The notes below the pieces were generated by a model. That model had not been told where the DNA came from, ran no database searches, and saw nothing but the letters and a program-made list of their open reading frames with translations. Positions 41,237-53,693 of a DNA stretch of 64,000 bases are shown here, one piece after another. Location of the stretch: the NCBI RefSeq assembly GCF_009914755.1, contig NC_060928.1; one strand, written 5' to 3'. The stretch is from the human T2T-CHM13v2.0 reference genome, Homo sapiens. Position numbers and translations under genes: made by a program. Positions within the stretch are counted from its first letter, which is position 1. Each line of letters opens with the position of its first letter.

Positions 41237-44200
41237 GTGAAATAAGCCAGACACAGCAAGACAGATACCATATTATCTTATTCATATGGACTCTTAAAAG
41301 AAACAACAAAGTTGATATCTTAGAAGCAGAGTAGAACAGTTGCTACCAGAGACTTAGGAGAGAAACAGGGAAGGTACGATGGGAAAAGTCGGCCATTAGG
41401 TACAAAGTACAAATTTTGTACAAGGTACAAATTTTAATTAGAAGGAAAATTCTGGTGTTTTAATGAGGTTGACTATACTTAACAGTAGAATATTGTATAT
41501 TACAAAACGGCTAGAAGAGAAGCTTTTGAATATTCTTACCACAAAGAAAGGATAAATGTGTGAGGTAATGGATACACTACCCTGATTGGATCACTATACA
41601 ACAGAGATATGTATTGAAACACCAAATTGTATCCTATAAATATGTGAAATTATAATGTGTCAATTAAACAAATACATAGTTTTAAAATTTCAGTGGCTAA
41701 TGTTTATAAAAAGCTAAGCTTAATTTACCCGAGAAAAAGAAGTGTTGAACATCTGATTATTTCTATTGCTTATCAATCTAAAAAGGATTTAAGGGGACAT
41801 GCCTGATTAGGATGTACCACTAAAATCACCTTCAAGAATATTTTGCTGAAAGAAAAATTCTTAATGATGGGAAAATCTAGAAAGGTGAGTTTTCTTGATG
41901 CTGCTCCGGGGTAGTAACCTAGGGTGATTATGAGAAACCACATGATTTGTTCTGTGAAAGTTGGGAGTAGATATCCTATGAATCCGATTTGCAGTGTTAG
42001 GGTTTCATGTTGCTACAAAGCTTTTTGAACTTCACAGCTTTTCATATCATTTAGGCTTTACTGTCTTTTTACAGGTATTAACCTCATTTAATACTGAAGA
42101 AAATTTGGTAGAACATACTGAAATAAATCAGCAGCACTGCCAAAAAAAAAAAAAAAAGATTTATAGGAGTTTCTATGCTGGGCTACTCCCTCTTTTTCCA
42201 GATACTGTGAGTCATCTAAGTTAATCAAATGATGACTCTTCCTTATCCCAGAAAAAGGAAATTAAAACTTTAAATCAACCCATCATGTTTTCTGCATGTG
42301 CTTAGGCTCCAGTGGAGAAGGTTCCTTGGATGCTCTTTCATTATCTTAGGCAAATAAGCAGCAGGGGCTTCTGTGTAAATATGCAAATGCACATGCTGAA
42401 TTAAGGCGTATTTTTTGCTCAGTTAATATGTGCTTTGGAGGAGGCATTATTTGCTTATAAAGCTCTGAAATCCCTTTGTAGATACATCATCTTGGGCTGA
42501 CAGCCTTGAGAAGTGGAAGTTTGATGGAGTACTTACTCTAGCAACCCTGCTTGATGTGCTGTTGGCACAGCTGGTGGGGAGGGGGTTGCTGATGGGTAAT
42601 GCTTCTTTCTGTCACCCCAGCAATGACACAACTAGAAATAGCAGACAGCATGTGAAGAGACGATGATAGAGTATGAAGGATACACAGAATGAAAATTATC
42701 CAGAATATGGCAGGCCTTCTCCCTGAATAATTGAGAACTGGCTGAACAGTGACTTACAGAGAGGCACAAAGAGGGAATCTTCCTATGAGTTGTGCTTGCA
42801 GGAATTACTCTCCATAGTCAGTGGGCAGGGAATGTTTGAAGGGAAGATCTATGTTTATCTTCCCTCCCTGTCCAGCTCACAGCTTTCAAAGGAATGACAG
42901 GGAAGAGAGAGCTGTTGGTTTTGCTGAATTATGGCCATCTGGCTATTACAAATACAGACAATTAGAGATAATCACAATTCCCTTTCTCCTCTCTTCTACA
43001 AGTTGGCAAGCTGAAATTTGGGCTGTGGTCTTATATTTGGAAGCCTGTCAGGTGTATTCAGAAATATTCCATGTAAATAAGTGTGACCTCCGAATAGCAG
43101 TGCATACATTCAATTCAGATAAATGATTTCTAGGTAATCTGAAACTTAGCCCTACACAGTTAAATGTCATCTTGACCTAAGTTAGGAGCACTGGATTTGC
43201 TTGAAATGACAGACAGGAGACCGTAAATCAAGAAGTGCTTGGAGAAAAGCACCGTTAGAGGTTGTCTCATGTGGATGTGTATATTGTGGCTGATGACTCC
43301 ATTAAAGTGAGTTGTAAAAACATATCCTTTAGTCTTAGGCTTCCTTTTACTTCCAGCTCTAATGAATACTCAAGAATACAGGTTATCATAACCAGATAGA
43401 AGAAGTTTGAATAAAAATTGAGGGGTGAAAAAAGAGTGAGCTTATTCACTTAGAAAAATTTGCTAAGAAAAAGATATCTCACTTTAGCACATTTTTTTTC
43501 CTGGCCAATTTGTTTGAGAGGAAGTTACAGAATCAAAAGTTTTGAAAAGTGTGACACGTCCAGTGAATTCATAAGCCAACTTTCTCTACAAAACAAAGCT
43601 CAAAAGCACAAAAGCACAAAGCAAGGTTTCTGTGCCTACTACAAACTTACTCCCTTGAAGTTGTCCTATTGCTTTTATAGGCTAAATTGCAACATAGCCA
43701 ATGGGTAGACAGAGGCAGGTGGGGTCCCATTGTGGACATATTCCATCTGTAGGCCATTAGGATTCTGCTCTAGCAGCCCTGTGTCGTTCTCATTATACAC
43801 TAATCAAAAGGCTGGGGCTCATCTTTTTGCAGTGCTCCCTATTTCTTTTAATGTACCTGCAAATAAAATGAAATGGGCTTAATGGACTGAGGCTTTGACT
43901 GATTCTCATAGCTCTGCTGCATGGTCACCAGTTGCTTCTCCTGGTAATTTACAAGGTTTCCTGCTGTATGATAAAACACAGGTGCTCAGGCTGTCATCCA
44001 GAGAAATGATTTATTAGCTTTAGTGGTACCACAGACCTCAGGCAGCAGGCACTAAATCAAGAGAATATATACTGAAATAATATGTTTTCCAATGATGACC
44101 CATGGAGACTCTTTAGTTGTTCATGCCCTTTACCCACTGCTGTTGGTTTTGCCATTTCTCCTCATTATTTTAAAGCCCACAGGATTCACTTCCTGTCTTA

Positions 44201-45536
44201 ATTTCTCACCTGCCAGGACAGCCTCAGCACCAGCTTTATTGCTATAGATTTCTAGTTGATCCTTCACACCACCAAAGAGTTCCAGCTAATGAGTAGGAGA
44301 AAGGGAACCCCAGGGGCTTTTTCAGGCCTTAGGATGCTCAGAATCCATATTCCGGGCTTCACTTTGATATCGTTGCCAGACAATAAAAGCTCACATTGGC
44401 CTTTCAAATAATTCTGCTTTGAGGTTAAGTATGTCTGGACATTCATTTGGAACATTTCATCTACTGAATTTTTCTTCATGGAAATTTGTTAAGAGGTCCT
44501 GCCTTCCTATTTTCATGACAGAGGCTATCAATCAAAGTGACTTCTTCTTGATTATCAGAGAGCCCTATGAACATATTAGAGAAATCTTTAATTACTATTA
44601 AATGCCTGCCAAACATGGGCACAGGAAAAAATCACTCAGTCAATCAAAGTAGAAGCTTGGTGTGGACTCTGAATTTTAATGAGAAGACAGAGCAGAGTTG
44701 TAAAGGGAATCTTAGGTAGGAAAGTGAATATGTAGAGAAAAACGTCCAAAATCGTACTGAAAACTGAGAAAAGCAGGACTAGAACAGAAAAGTCAATAAC
44801 ATAAATGATTAAGTAATATAACAAAAATTAATGTTAATTCTATACAACAGATCAAGTAACTAGAACTTTGATTTTCTCTTGTAATCAGTGCATATGTCAC
44901 AGACAAGACCAAAATCTTCATTCATTTTCAAGTCCTTTTCATCCCACAGAATTCTTCTAAATTTTATCCTCTATTGGGTAACATATGGAGATCCAAAGCT
45001 TTGGCCAAAGCCATGGGGGAATCAGCGATCTTTATCTTGCACATGTAGCTATAGGATGGCAAGTGTGAAGGGGCACAACAGAGCAGTGGGAGTTGGGAGA
45101 TGTGAGAATGGTCATGGCTGCAGATACTTAGATTTGCCAACACCAAAGTGAGGTAGCTGGTGACAAATATGGTGGAGATGTGACTACTTATGAGACTTCT
45201 GAATGTCCTCAAAGTCAATGGCTACTCAAAAGGAAGAGATTAGGGCATGTGCTGACCCTTCAGAAGGACATTAGCCATAGTCCTGCAGCAATGTCCTGGA
45301 TGCCTCTGCTGGGACCAGAATTAGGCCCTTTGTGTCTGTACCATGGAGAGGTCTGGGCATGCTGGGGGAAGGCAGGGCAGTCAGGGCTGTGAGAAGCATG
45401 AGAGTTTCAGTAGCTTCCTATCAACTGTGAGGAAAAAGTTTCAATATGTTAACAACCTCTTCAGATGAACCAGTACATACAGGCTGATTTTCATTCCTGC
45501 CAAATTTCTCTTTTCTTGATGTTAATTCATAATGCT

Positions 45537-45888
45537 TGTTATGGTTTTGCTGTATCCCACCCAAATCTCACCTTGAATTTTACTAATCCCCACATGTCAA
45601 GAGTGGGGCCAGGTGGAGAAAATTGAATCATGAGAGTGGTTTCCCCCATACTGTTCTTGTGGTAGTGAATAAGTCTCATGAAATCTGATGGTTTTATAAA
45701 GGGCAGTTCCTCTGCACAAGCTCTCTTGCCTGCCACCATGTAAGACGTGCCTTTGTCCTTTGCCTTTCTCCATGATTGTGAGGCCTCCCCAGCTATGTGG
45801 AACTGTGAGTCCATTAATCCTCTTTTTCTTTATAAATTACCCAGTCTCTGGTATGTCTTTATTAGCAGCATGAGAACAGAGCAATATA
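45537..45888 (+). mobile_element. THE1 (THE1B-like) solo LTR
   Basis: cacccaaatctcaccttgaatt...ctgcacaagctctcttgcctgccaccatgtaagacgtg...ttataaattacccagtctc. Confidence 0.93.
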
Positions 45889-46110
45889 GAGCTGCAGAAA
45901 ATTTCTCTTTTATCTTTTCTTCTTAAGTTAGGTAATGGGAGAAAGAATTGAGAATTTTAAGAGCAGCAAACATTGGGAGGCAATATTTTTTCTCTTCCAA
46001 CTCTACATTCCTAGTAAAAATACAACATGAGTACTGCAACAACAGTACCATCATTCCTAACCAACTGCATAACTAATCTTTCACAACCAACTGGTGAAGT
46101 TCTACCTGTG

Positions 46111-46160
46111 TTGTGTCACCAGTATTTTGTGAGGATGTGGAGAAACAAATATACTCATAA
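46111..46160 (+). repeat. Perfect 50-bp direct repeat of 46939-46988
   Basis: ttgtgtcaccagtattttgtgaggatgtggagaaacaaatatactcataa is identical at both sites; the flanking bases differ. Confidence 0.97.
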
Positions 46161-46439
46161 CCCAACTCTTTTGGTTGGGTTTTTAGACTGAATATTAATT
46201 CTGCTGTTATATTAGATATGTTACCTGCTTCAGTTTTCTTAAATGCTAAGAAATATCATCTTCACTGTGTTTGGGAATGGAAATTCATTGTATTTGGGAA
46301 GGTAAATTGACACATTTGATATGCTCAACCTTTCTTAAATTCTGTTTCTGAGAAAGATTCTTCCAAGCATACCAGGGGCTAAAGATTGAAGTGTGTTCAC
46401 CATAAAGGCCATAGATTGTCTTTCGCTGGAAGTCTTTAA

Positions 46440-47290
46440 ACATAAATTAGAAAACTCCAGATGGAAGAAAGATTTAAATGTAAAATCATGAAAACATAGA
46501 AGGACTAGAAAAAAATCTATAGTTATATTTTACTATAATCATAGAGTGAGGAAAGCTTTTCTAAACATAACAAAAAACCATGACAAGATAATAAATACAG
46601 CAACATGGAGATTATAAATTTCTATGCAACAAAATGTGACGTAATATGCCGTAAATGAAGTTGAACATAAGCTAGCAAAACTGCAACACAGATTAAAGAC
46701 AAAAGACTGGTTTACCTCATCTACAAAGGGGTCTTATAAATCAATAATAAATATGGTACAAGCACCACAATTGAAAAATGGCAAGAGACATAAGCTAGAA
46801 ATTCTTGGAAGAAACGTAACATCACTATAATGTCACTAAAAGTGAAAAGGTTTTCAATTTCACTAATAGTTAGAAATATTTAAACTAAACAATAAGGAGA
46901 TACAATTCTTCACCTCTCAGATTGACCATTCTTGAAGCTTGTGTCACCAGTATTTTGTGAGGATGTGGAGAAACAAATATACTCATAAACTTCTGGTTTG
47001 AATATAAATTGGTATAACATTTTGGAGAATAACTTGGTAATATGAACTACAGTTTTAAGTGTGTGTATACTTTCTCACCTCAAGTATTTCTATAAATTCC
47101 CCTCCTAGAATTTATCTTATAGAAATACTTGTTCAAGTTTTAAAAAATGAACATTATATCTTTGTTAAGAAGATTACAAATAAGAAATAATTCAAATATC
47201 CACCAGTAAGAAGCAGACTGTGTAAATCACATTTTTTCAGTTCAATGGGAAACTATGCAGTGAAGAAAAAGAAGGCCATTTCTATATTGT
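46440..47290 (+). mobile_element. Ancient L1ME ORF2 end and 3'UTR
   Basis: ccagatggaagaaagatttaaatgtaaaa, gaggatgtggagaaac, tataaattggtataacatttggag. Confidence 0.75.
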
Positions 47291-48252
47291 TTATAGTTTT
47301 CATAACTTGTTTGTATTAATTTAAAACTACTATCAATAACAAGGTAGATGGTGATGAAGACAGATTATAAATTACATAATTAGATAGAATTCTCTGATTA
47401 TATAATTTAAGTATAATTCCACTACATTCATTCATTCATTTATTTATTCAACAAGTATTTTTGAATACCTATTCTGTACAGTGTACAGTGCTCCATTAGA
47501 AGAAAATTGTATAAATAGCTTTTCAAGTTTCCTAGTCAATTTTCCTTGTCAAATACAGTGAAAATGGTGTTTCTTAGTATTTAGTTTTCCTCACTCCAAG
47601 ATTATAATAAAGTATGACTATGTATTTTTTTCTAGTCCTTCTATGTTTTCAGGATTTTACATTTAAATCTTTGTTCCATCTGGAGTTTTTCAATTTATAG
47701 CTAAAGACTTCCAGAGAAAGGCAATGTATGGCGTTTGTGGTGAACGCAGTTCAATCTTTAGCCTTTAGAATGCTTAGAGGAATCTTTCTTAGAAACATAG
47801 AAGTTAAAGCTAAAGAAATAATCTTAGTTATAGTAAAAATAAGGAAACGGTGACCTTGAGAATTTAATAGGCACAGCGACTTGCTGGCACAGCAGAAAAT
47901 AGGACCCCAGTCTCTGATTCCTAGCTTGGGAAACTTTCTCTTATGTTATGTTAACATTTAAAATATTTAAATAAATTCTTCAGGCCAAAGCACAAGTGCG
48001 TCCTTCTTGTTTTTTCTCTTTGGTGTTTTATATCTTTATATATACTTTAGTTTTTGCATGTCCATAAAAACCATGATGATATTAATTTCTATTTAGCCAT
48101 TTTTTTCTTCACATTAAATGAATGGGTACAGATATACATTTGAGAACTGTGTAGAAGTGCAAGGAACAAGAGTGTCGGGGGGAAGAAATTTAGAATTTCA
48201 GAACTGTGTGATCATGAAAACTCTTAGTCACGTCTGACTGTAATCATTCAGG

Positions 48253-48893
48253 TTTTTTTTTTTTTGAGTTTACAATTTCAATTTATTATGAAAATATTTC
48301 CATCTGATGACAAACCTGAAAAGACAGGAGACATGGAGCTACACAGATGCAGTTTTGCCCTTTTATCAGAGCCACTCTTAGGGACAGATTTTACTTTGAA
48401 AATCCAATTTGAAAAACCGCAAGTATTTTACATCTTTAGACAACTGTCCAATCGCAATTTTTACCCTAAAGTTTGTGCTTAAAGCTTTTCATCAATATGA
48501 TTTATAAGTTTTAAAAGTCTCAAATTTTTATCTGTATATCATGTTACAGATCTTGATTCACAACTGTTTATCTTGGTCTGAAACATCAATGTTCATTGAT
48601 TACCTATAATAATAGTTACTCATAAATGTAGTTAATCATTAAATATAAAAATTATTATTTTTACATATATGTAAATCTCTTAAAAAGACCAAGTTTTGAG
48701 AGATAAAGCAAGAAATTGCAGGAAGGCTTAAGAATCTCAGTATCAGTCAAAGCAGGTACAACAAAAAACAATTTTAGACATTCATTTTTGCTCTAAGAGT
48801 GCTTAAAATAAATGATCACAGAATGAATAACTGATGTATGGCAAAATGAGTTTAAAATTATATAAGCTCCAAGGTCCCAATGTGTATAAGAAT
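48253..48893 (-). pseudogene. 5'-truncated processed retrocopy of an mRNA 3'UTR, recalled as the MME (neprilysin/CD10) proximal 3'UTR
   Basis: T13 at 48253-48265 (poly(A) on minus strand); tttatt at 48282-48287 (AATAAA); TSD core tcattcag followed by T-run at 48244-48251 and 48894-48901; AU-rich body that matches no TE I know; parent gene from memory only. Confidence 0.8.
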
Positions 48894-50279
48894 TCATTCA
48901 GTTTTGGAAAATATCAGTGATCCTTTAGGAAGCAGCAAAAAACTTGTTCAAATGAATATTTTAAATCATTGGTCATTTGAGCTATGCATCTATGTCGCTT
49001 CCTCATTTGAGGAAGGAGAAAGTGGACACTAAAGTACAATGTTTGCATTCACTAAATCATACATTCAATTGCAGAGTAACAGAAAGCTTCAGAATTCAGT
49101 GTTAAATGGGTTATTTTGTTAGAATCAATATTCCATTTTTGCTAGTTTTGTGCGTATACAGGCACAAATATATTATAAATCTGTACATGTCTCTAAATCT
49201 GTTTGCTCACCTATTTTGCCCTTTCCTTTCACTCTCTGTGAAACTCCCCATCCTGTGCTGCTTGTCCAGGGCTTTGGCCATCTGCTTTCCTTTGCTCTGT
49301 GATAGTTATGCCTTCTTGGCTTTGGCCTTCCTGCTTGATTTCCGACCCTGTGTTTGCCTGAATCTCCGGGAGCTGTGAGGCTCTGCCTTCCATGTGTCTG
49401 CCTGATTCCTAACTCACTGCTTCTGCCTGCCCTTTGACACACTGTGCAGTCCTTTTGGACTCTTGCCTGCCTGCCTGCCTTATTGCTAACTCACTGTTGA
49501 GCTTCGAACATTTCAGCTTCAGTGAATTCCTGGATCTCCCAGTTTCAGATTATCAGCATCCCTACCCTTTGCATTTCTATCTTAGTCTACAATTCTAGCA
49601 CTAATGTCTAGGACTCAAGACCACTTCTTTTGCTTTCATTGATTGCAGAGGAGAGTATATGAGTTCAACTTTACCAACCTTACTAAGGCATGAGAACTTT
49701 TTAAGGGAGTGGGGACAAATCACACACAAGGGAGCAAGTTCACAGGAGTACCTTCGAGTCATTCCTTTAGTTAGGCATAGACTTTAGATGCGTTAGTATG
49801 ACTCTTCTGGGTTTCTTTTGCTTATTTTTTTTCTTAATTCTTGAAAGCATTGTCCTTTAAAAATTTTTTTTATGCTAGTTTTTCCTGAAATTCCAGAATG
49901 ACTTATTTTTTTTTAGATCGCATTCCAACCTCCTAGAGATGTCTTCTTGGTACCAGGTCAAAACATTTCTTTTTGAATCCATTTGCCTCATGCGTCTGGT
50001 GTGTGAGCGTTGTGTCCACACAAACATCTCTGAAAAATCTGGGTTCCCTCTGCACTTTTCAGTAGCCTGAGGTACGACCCCAAATTTTAGTTATACATCA
50101 TGGTTTTACCAGCCCTTTGACCTCAATTCTCATTTCATCCTTTCTAAAAGTGGCAAGTCCTTAAGGGCTCTGGGTTTCTGGATAATTTTGGTCATAACAT
50201 TATAAACTTCTTAATATGATGGAGTTTCCAGATATCCAGGCATTCCAGCTAACCAAAAAACCTTCTTTTGCTTCTCATA

Positions 50280-50415
50280 TGCTACATATTCTTTGTTGTG
50301 ATGTTACTTAATGTCTCTGAACCTTATTTTCTTCATCTATAAAGTGATAACAATGGCAACAACAAAATGACAATGTGTACTGAGCACTCCATAAACAATA
50401 GCTTTTATTATTATG
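50280..50415 (+). mobile_element. MIR
   Basis: gttacttaatgtctctgaaccttattttcttcatctataaagtg. Confidence 0.7.
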
Positions 50416-51299
50416 TTTGCTGTCTCCATGATTATTACTTTTTTAAAGAGATGAGCCAAATCTTGACTGAGCTAATTTGTTTTTGTATAACATGCATAAT
50501 GTGTGTCTTTTCTTCTAGTAAAATAGTTCATCCAAAATGAATCATACACATGACATAAAAACTGCAGAGGAAGGAAAACTTAAAAATCACTGCTCTTGAA
50601 TAAGGTGTTGTAAATGGATAGTAATTGTATACTGCCTGTTACTGTTTATTTTAGGTGTGTAAAATACAATTGCCATCCTATTTGTGTATTGGGTTGTTTT
50701 TAGTGAATGTAAGATTGTTTTATTTTAACGGGTTTCCTCGTAAGTTTAGTTCCCTCATCCCAATTTCCTTTAAGGCTGAAGTTTTCAGACTTCTTTCACA
50801 GCTCATGGAGGCCTTTCCCTCTGTCTCTTGCACTTATTGTTTTAGGATCCTGGCCCCTCCCACCCCCGCCTCATACATGAATTTTCCAATCACAGGGGTT
50901 TTCAGAGCCATTCAGTTAATCCCAGAGGCCACCCTGTAACTGAGGTGATATGGGAAACAGAGTCTAGTCTTGGGGAGCTGGGAAGCCAGGCTGGTAGGGG
51001 GAAGAGGGTTATAGTTGCTGAGTTACTCATTCTGTTATTGATCCCAGAGGAGAACTGGCTGGAAGCCAAGGCAGAAGTCAAGTCAGGCAGAGCTGTTTAA
51101 ACCTCACACATAATGAGCCTGAAATAGAGTACTGCAGCTGGGGGCAGGGGGGTTAGATTCCTTCCAGGCTGACTTCTCACCAGGAATGGGGCAGCAGCCT
51201 TTATCCAGACATTCACTTAGTGGAGCTGAAGATCCTCGACTAGAGCTGACTGGTTACAAGTCTGTGCAGAATGAAGTTTGCAGGTAGAACAGCAAGAAC

Positions 51300-51520
51300 A
51301 AAGCTCTTCAGAGCTCGTTTTCAGTCTTGCTCTATTTAGTATCTTGGATGAGTATTTTCTCTGTGTTTTAATTTTCCCACATGGTAATAGGTTTAACCAT
51401 CCCTATCTCATATGAAATTAAATTTGGTAGCATTGTGATTAAATTTGGTAATGCATGCAAAATACTTAGGACAGTGATTGACGTATATACTCAATAAATG
51501 GTAGATATTATTATTGTCAT
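51300..51520 (+). mobile_element. MIR
   Basis: aatgcatgcaaaatacttaggacagtgattgacgtatatactcaataaatggtagatattattatt. Confidence 0.7.
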
Positions 51521-52999
51521 TGTTATTTTAATTGTCATTTATGATTGAAGCTGGAGGGCCATGCAGAGACAAGTAAGAAACCATACACAATGACTTTTAG
51601 GAATGAGGTTTTGTCACTCACACTCTATTGAAAATTATTTATGGTGGCATTTTGGCCTTTAGAAGTAAAACTTTTCTGAGATGAGGTAAACAGTGCCCTT
51701 ATCAATATTTCTCAGAGAACCTTTCTAAGTTTTTACATTACATCTAGTCCCTACAACCTCAATGATGTTGGCAAAGAACATATAAGGTAGGAATATTATA
51801 TAAGGGGCTTCTGGCTTTTCAAGTTAATAAAAAGCATTTATATTTGAGCTCATTTGATTCTGGACCTAGATAGGAGTTCTACCTGGCAGATATGAGGTTT
51901 GAGCATTGCAGAGCAAATGAGGAGAAAGTACAATTAACCTTAAGATTCCTTTAGTATCTGCTACACATCTATAATTTCCTTCTCTTTTATTCAGCATTAA
52001 TTGAGAGAATGGGATATGATATGCCAGGTCTGTGAGAAACTGAGTCTGCCCTCAAGGATCTTATACCCTTGTAGGAAGAGAAGATATGTACAACTATATA
52101 AAAAATATTACCTCTGCCCTCCACCCACTAGTATGGCTAGAGTTCAAGTGGTGGACATGAATAGAAGACTTTTGCCAGGAATACAGAAATCTAATGGAGT
52201 ATTTTGTTGGGCTATAGACAAAGGATGTTGGGGCCAATATTATAATTACTCTCTCTATATTTATGTTTATTTAGGACTGAAACAGGAGGGCCAGGCAGAG
52301 ACAGGCAAGAAAGTGATATAGTTATGACATTCAAAGTGAAGACATCGTCCATGCAATTTCTCTGGTGGATAACATACAGGGGGAAAGCAACCAACGGTGA
52401 CGCTGAGGGTAATCCTGTCCAAGCAGACTCCTTGCTGAGTCTGTCTCCTGCTTGAGAAGACTGGATAGAATATCAGTCACATAGCATCAGGAGTGTGCGA
52501 TTGTAGAGACAGTGCTAACTAGCTGGCTGGCAGAGAACCATGGAGGCCAGAGGCAGCAGGCCTTTGGAGAGATCTGGAAGGGCCTGCTCTGTGGTGTCAA
52601 ATGCATGAGATGAACTCGTCTTTTTCTGTCTGTGAATCTTTAAATGAAACTGACACTCATTACCAGTGTTTTTGGAGTTGGGTGTTTGTGGGGGAGCTGG
52701 AAGGGTAGATAGGAGAAGTCTAGATTTACTGAGTCCAGCCTCAGGTGAATGTGGAATGCAAGTTGAGGCTTCCCAAGGATGCTGGGACACATTTGGATTA
52801 TAATGCAACATAGTTCGTAATATTATTCAATATTCATAGTAAAGTGTGGAATTGATAAGTATCATAAAAGTAGTACAGAGTAAACATTATCAGAGGTCTG
52901 AGTAGTGAAAGCTTACCTCCAGCCTAGGGATGGAGACAGGAAGGATAAAGGAGGAAGAAAGCTTTGCAAAAAGTGTTAACTGAATTGGACTTTGGGAGA

Positions 53000-53340
53000 T
53001 GGTGTGGGGGATGCTGTGCCTAGTTCCCCAGCATCTACCTCAGATGATTTGTCCGATTGTGGTGATTTCATGCCCTTTGTCAGGGATTGGTTCCAAGATG
53101 GATAAGCCCATGATAATTTGGACAAATAAGTTGGGTAAAGTGGCTTGGGGCTTCTGGGAGGAAGAAGCAACTCTCTTTCTCTTACTGGATGGGAACAAAG
53201 AAGCATTTAGCCTTAATTGCTACTGAAAATGCTCCTGCAACCACAAGGAAAATCAATCTTCCCAGGAATCTATTCTCCAACAATAATCCTCTCCACACGC
53301 CTCTCCATTGGCCCTGGCTGTATAGCATCTAAAACTAATG
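53000..53340 (+). mobile_element. Old ERVL/MaLR LTR fragment (LTR33/MLT1J-L-like)
   Basis: cagggattggttccaagatggataagcccatgataatttggacaaataag...ggggcttctgggagg. Confidence 0.55.
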
Positions 53341-53348
53341 TACAATAA

Positions 53349-53693
<345 letters not shown>

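Noticed and set aside
44216-44231. REST/RE1 half-sites in flipped order (GGACAG then TCAGCACC)
   Set aside because: Non-canonical order and short enough to occur by chance
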